This document shows positions 53,301 through 57,855 of a DNA stretch of 57,855 nt, piece by piece. Positions within the stretch are counted from its first letter, which is position 1. Every line of letters begins with the position of its first letter. The stretch spans positions 693,302 to 751,156 of the forward strand of contig NMRA01000176.1 in NCBI GenBank assembly GCA_002633005.1. The letters run 5' to 3'. The notes under the pieces are model-generated. The model ran no database searches, was not told the origin of the DNA, and saw nothing but the letters and a program-made list of their open reading frames with translations. This DNA comes from Phoronis australis (lineage: Eukaryota; Animalia; Phoronida). A program made the position numbers and the translations under genes.

Positions 53301-53852
53301 AGGCAAATAATGGGTGCGTGTGCTTTTTTTCTCAGCTTCAAAATTTGCTTAAGCACAAGTTGTATTTGCGCAGCACCAAACTTGAGGCTACGAAAATGTC
53401 CGAAGTATTCCGGATAATTTGAGGCTACGAAAGTACCCGAGATGTTTCGCATGCTTCAAAATGAGCCACAGACGTTAAACAAATACGTTTTTGGCCTAAT
53501 CGTGACATGGAGTACATTCGATCACTTACTTGTGTTTCTCCAGAATCAAAGCCATCAAGGTTGCAGTCATCTGCTTGGACACAGATGCTATAGGAAATAT
53601 GGTATGCTCGTCCACGTCCACGTCTTTCTCTATATCAGCTTTTCCAAACCCTTTCGCTAATATCGTTTCGCCGTCTTGGACAACCACAACACTAACCCCG
53701 GGGGAGTTGCGACATTTTCGCACTTTGTTCACGATGCGCTCGATGGCGGAGCGCAGTTCCGCTGGCGAGAGCTTCTTGCGGCCTTCGACCCAGACACAAG
53801 GCGCCAGTACCAAAAGAGCCACGAGGTGCAATAAAGTCAGCCTCAATCTCAT
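47386..53852 (-). CDS. Secreted serine beta-lactamase/AmpC-like (family S12) hydrolase with a DUF3471-like C-terminus; 5 exons, about 569 aa
   Basis: Exons 53530-53852, 52113-52283, 50525-50788, 48641-48900, 47386-48077; GT-AG, frame-consistent, 1710 nt. Signal peptide MRLRLTLLHLVALLVLAPCVWVEG. Motifs: PGVSVVVV..G, FPIASVSK (SxxK), DLISHRTGL, FLYNSNTY (motif 2), APGGGIATTAADMAKYL, VSHAGNLYGY (motif 3), and C-terminal PLRKYVGTYGN...G. Confidence 0.92.
48280..48590 (+). repeat. (GGT/GAT)n low-complexity trinucleotide tract in lactamase-like intron 4
   Basis: Degenerate ggtgatggtgatgat run between exons 4 and 5. Confidence 0.85.
48948..49072 (+). repeat. (CCTA)n microsatellite
   Basis: Perfect cctacctaccta core decaying to the right, about 50 nt from the exon 4 acceptor. 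Confidence 0.95.
49738..50016 (+). repeat. Degenerate minisatellite, unit about 45 bp, about 6 copies
   Basis: Recurring atacgactttggaccact...cac...gattagtcat. Confidence 0.8.
52678..52972. mobile_element. MITE family A, copy 2
   Basis: Left end gggtctgtttcataaaaatgacttaggacttgagaca versus reverse complement of the right end gggacctgtctcaagaaaagtggcttaagacttaagtcaga (imperfect TIR of about 40 bp). Confidence 0.7.
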
Positions 53853-56800
53853 TTCTCGAGGCTAACGTTTACCAAAAAGTCAACGATCCTGCTCTCCTTT
53901 GCTAGCTTTCAGCACTCGTGATGCGTTTTGTCAATTGCTCACCAGATATGCATGTGACAGATGCCTTTGTTATCAAATTACACGATCAACACGATTACGT
54001 TGTGATGTACACGTAGGCCCTTTCGCATGCGGGTGGTGGCAGTCACAGAAGAAAAGAGCAGCTGCGATTAATGGCCGCGTACTTGCATGAAAGCGACTGC
54101 GCTGAAGCCATGTAGAAGACAGTTCGTTATTTGAAGTGACTCTTACGTATAGAGGGAGACGTCACATGCGCATTGAATTATGGGAAATCAATCAATCGAA
54201 TCAAATTTAAATTAAGGTTCTCTCAGTAATCTATTCCTCAATTTCCGTGTTTTTACGTATTTACTTTGCTTGCAAGTACAGACACGATAATATCTAACAA
54301 GCATCTGTAGTATGTAGCCGACTCGAAAGATCAGACGGCAACTGACAAGTATTTGTCGTGTGAGATAAGCAACCGTAATTTCGATAAAGTGCCGGGAACA
54401 AAAATCAGTTCTACATGACATTTTGCAAACCAATGATGTTCTCGATCAGTACGCAACATTCCTCTAGAATTCGCAGCTACCCGAAATATAAAAAGTAAAC
54501 TGCAGTTGATAGTGTTCATATCATCAAAATAGCTTATGGTAGGTTTCACAGGCGATAATCAATGGGTTACAAAAGTATATCACGCATAGGCAATATATGA
54601 TTGTATTCCATTCACTTAAAGTTCGATGATAAGAGTTCTCTTGTTGGATCGCCCGAGCTCCGGCAATATGCTTACTGTACGTGCACATGGTCGATTTCCA
54701 TCAATACATATTTTAAGATATGTACTTCAATGATCTTTGCAAAAAAACCTGAATTTGTGATTTGTACCTGGTGCCAAAAACAGATCTGTGATCAAACAGG
54801 AGTTTTATTCTGAGGAAGCAAGAAAGACGAGAAGCCAAAAGATCTTTCAGAAGTAATATTATAAATACTAGTCTACTACAGCAACTGTCTTCCAGTGGCA
54901 AGGGGGACCGTGGTTGCCATCGCATTTCTACCAAATTTGGCCCATAGGGGGCAGCACGAAGAGGCCTTCAGTTACCTATAACCAGTGGTAAAATCTTTTA
55001 CAAAATTGAAACTAAAAAATATCATAACATACCACAACATAAATTCAAAATCGTTACGAACAAACCATGAAAATACCTGGCGAGCAGGTTGAATTCTGTT
55101 TCACTGACAGAGAAACACTGTGAATAACGCAATTTAGTCTTTTTTCGAGTTCCAGGCCTCGCTTATTACACTGGTCAAGGATTCGACGCGATTTCTAAAT
55201 TGGACTTGAAAAAATGAAGCTAATTAAAGGATTGATAGTTACGTCACGTCATTTTTCTGATTGTTTGTTCACAAAACAACTAAATTTGAGTTTAATTAAA
55301 TGAATGTATCTGCATTGGATTATCAAATGAATGACACAGGTCAAAGGTTCAAAAGTTTTCATTCCATTCAAAACAAAATGCCATACGATATTTTTTAGTG
55401 ACTAAATACTTACTTTGTGGTTCTCTAACATACTCCACGGGCAAGTTATATCTCTCCAAGGGAGAGGCATAACTCTCCTACGCGGACCCTTACAACGGAC
55501 ATTTTGCCTCCTTATAAGGTGGTACATCCAATGCCGTGGAATAGCGATCTCCAAAATAGAACATATACGTACTACCTGTAACGGAATAAAGAATGTAAGG
55601 AATGTCAGAAGACGTATTTGATGATAGTAAAAAGCCTAATTACGTTGTTGTTTTTGACCAGCTGCACTGGGAGAAATGAGAAGTCAATTGATTCAGAAAT
55701 GTGAAGTTGGAATTCTGCACCGAATTCTTTGAAGTGTGATCACCTACTGGAAAACCATAAATTAAAAAATAACGAAACAATGGTTCATGGTTATGAATAT
55801 CTCTTGCTCAAACAAAGTAATTTACTATAACAGCAAACCTAGACATGTATGCTCAGGTTACATTTTTTAAAAATGTGTCACGTGGTTCAATTGACCAACT
55901 GAGCCACAATTCTACAGAAGACATACCTACATGGGTCATCAATTTGTGTCTGCTGTTCATCCATTCGTTGGGTTTTCTTACTTTGTTTGCATGCTTAATT
56001 TCTTAAGCTTTTCTTTTGCTTGTGTTTAACTCCCTCTACTAGTGTGTAGAGCTCATGGTAGTGTTAATATTGCTTTAGTAAATACAACAGCGGTTTTTAA
56101 TCGTGACGTGTTTCATTTGAACCGTCCCACACCTTCAGACGTTTAACTATAATTCATAAATAACCATCTCAGAGGCGTGAGTTTGAATTATTGTTTTCAC
56201 AGTATGTTTGAGTTTGTTGTGTTGGTCATTTGTTATGATGGAAGGTTTTTGCAACTGACAAATAATTATTCCTGTGGAAGGATTACATAAGGCGTGATTG
56301 CCTACAAATTTCAATGCGCCAATTGACCCGATGTGAGCAAACATACATGTAGTGCATAGATGATTTTTGGCGCCAATGACGCGGCCCTAAAATATTCATG
56401 AATATAAAACAAAAGAAAACAGAGGATAAAACCTTTTTATATCGTTCTTTTTTAACATTTAATCCCAGTAGAATATTGTAGGTAAATACAAAGATGTAAC
56501 TACCCAGATCGAATTGAACATTACATGTATATCTGGATAACAGGTCACCAATACACAACACCAAAACTCTGGATATGCAAATACATACACGAAGTATGAA
56601 ATAAAATCACGTGTTACTTGTGTACATACACTTATTCATATACAGTACATGCATGCAGTTATATACATGTAGAAACAAACAAACATTTAGTTCCGCAACG
56701 AATAGGTACCCAAAAAGCAATTCTTAAGTTAGAAAAACCTATATATGGCGATGAGAAAAACGGAAAAAATTCATATCTGACATTACATGTTCCCATGAGA

Positions 56801-57189
56801 ACATAATCTGAATGACAGTTGCATTGTACTTTTATAAAGACAAGCGACTACGGAGATAATTCAATGGCAACTTCTCTAGGGAATGAATGAATAGCGTCAT
56901 GCGGGAAGCCTTGGAATGATGTTGATTTTGCATTTGATACAGTCGACAGTTTCTAAGGCCCGGATCAGCAGATCGTCCAAATTACTTAGTTCATAGTGCA
57001 TTAGAAATAGTTGAGTTTGGACGGATCCAAACTCGCAAAGGGGTGAAATATTCGGAAAATTGAGCTTGTATTCCTCAAATTTTGGCAGAAATCCTGGCCT
57101 TAATTTGCTCAGACAGATTTCCTTCGTGTGAGTCATATGATTGAACCACATTAGCAGGATGATATTGTTCTTTTTCAAAAATATTAATG

Positions 57190-57390
57190 CAATACGACTT
57201 TAATGATGAAATTGAATTACTATTTATTACGTCTGATGGAAGGGTGCTCCTTGTGTCTACACTTGACAATTATTTTAGATTTACGTATGGCTTGATCATC
57301 AAGAGGTGGAATTGAAAAAATGTGTTGAAACGTAGACTCGTGGGTTGGTATCAGTGAAAGTGATTTGTGACCCACCACGACAAAATGAGT
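57190..57390 (-). mobile_element. Possible decayed LINE (CR1/L2-like) ORF2 C-terminal fragment
   Basis: Translation ..VDTRSTLPSDVINSNSISSLK resembles the W-N-x-L-P-xx-(I/V)-xx-S-x-S-xxx-F-K tail of CR1/L2 ORF2; heavily degraded. Confidence 0.3.
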
Positions 57391-57855
57391 CTTAAGTCGG
57401 AAACTCAATTTCCTGACAAGACTGCAAACAGTAGCTATCGGTTAAAATTAGGTCATTTTTTATTGCAGATTATGATTATTTATTCATTCTACTCCACAAA
57501 ACAATACTTTAAAACGATCAAACTTCATTTTAAATCTTATTTATTTCATTTTGAAAAACATCACCTTCTCCACGACTGCATATCTCGTGAAATTTTCATC
57601 GAAATTTGCCGGTTTTCGTGTCCTCATTGATCAGTCTTCCGATGACCCAATTTCGCTCGTAAACACATCAACAGAAAGGTCAAACTCTGCTCATTATGCA
57701 TGTAGTAATCTCTTTGAGTTTTTCGTCCAATCATAAGTCGTTATTTCACTTTTTGCATTCGGGGTATTTTCAACAGAAGTGTCACTCACCAGTCTTTTAG
57801 CTAGCAACGACCTTTTAACCCAATGCATCGCTGACCTCATTCGCTAGAACTAGTT

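Noticed and set aside
47386-53852. Bacterial contamination or an antibiotic-resistance gene
   Set aside because: Four canonical spliceosomal introns containing host-type MITEs and microsatellites; motifs are not those of a classic class C beta-lactamase.

Overview
AT-rich, intron-rich animal (invertebrate-like) genomic DNA from a draft assembly with two N gaps and two single-N contig overlaps. Four protein-coding genes can be rebuilt with frame-consistent GT-AG splicing. (1) The 5' three exons of coatomer subunit zeta (COPZ1-like, - strand, continues off the left edge). (2) Head-to-head with it, only 266 bp ATG-to-ATG, a complete 26-exon SWI/SNF core subunit gene (SMARCC1/2, BAF155/170, moira; + strand, 3142-42761, about 1118 aa). 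(3) An ankyrin-repeat/SOCS-box (ASB-like) gene with a single-exon CDS, nested antisense in the 11.7-kb SMARCC intron after the SANT exon. (4) A 5-exon secreted serine beta-lactamase-like hydrolase (- strand, 47386-53852, about 569 aa). The most unusual observation is a 240-bp symmetric (phase 2-2) SMARCC exon at 12439-12678. It encodes an HMG-box-like helical module that I do not know from human SMARCC1/2 or fly moira. Other oddities in SMARCC: an in-frame diverged duplicate of an exon end lying just inside an intron, tandem-duplicated acidic exons, and a recursive-splice-like exon. The introns also hold a candidate promoter/first exon for the nested ASB gene, several MITEs and minisatellites. 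All gene models and homologies are by eye; no searches were run.
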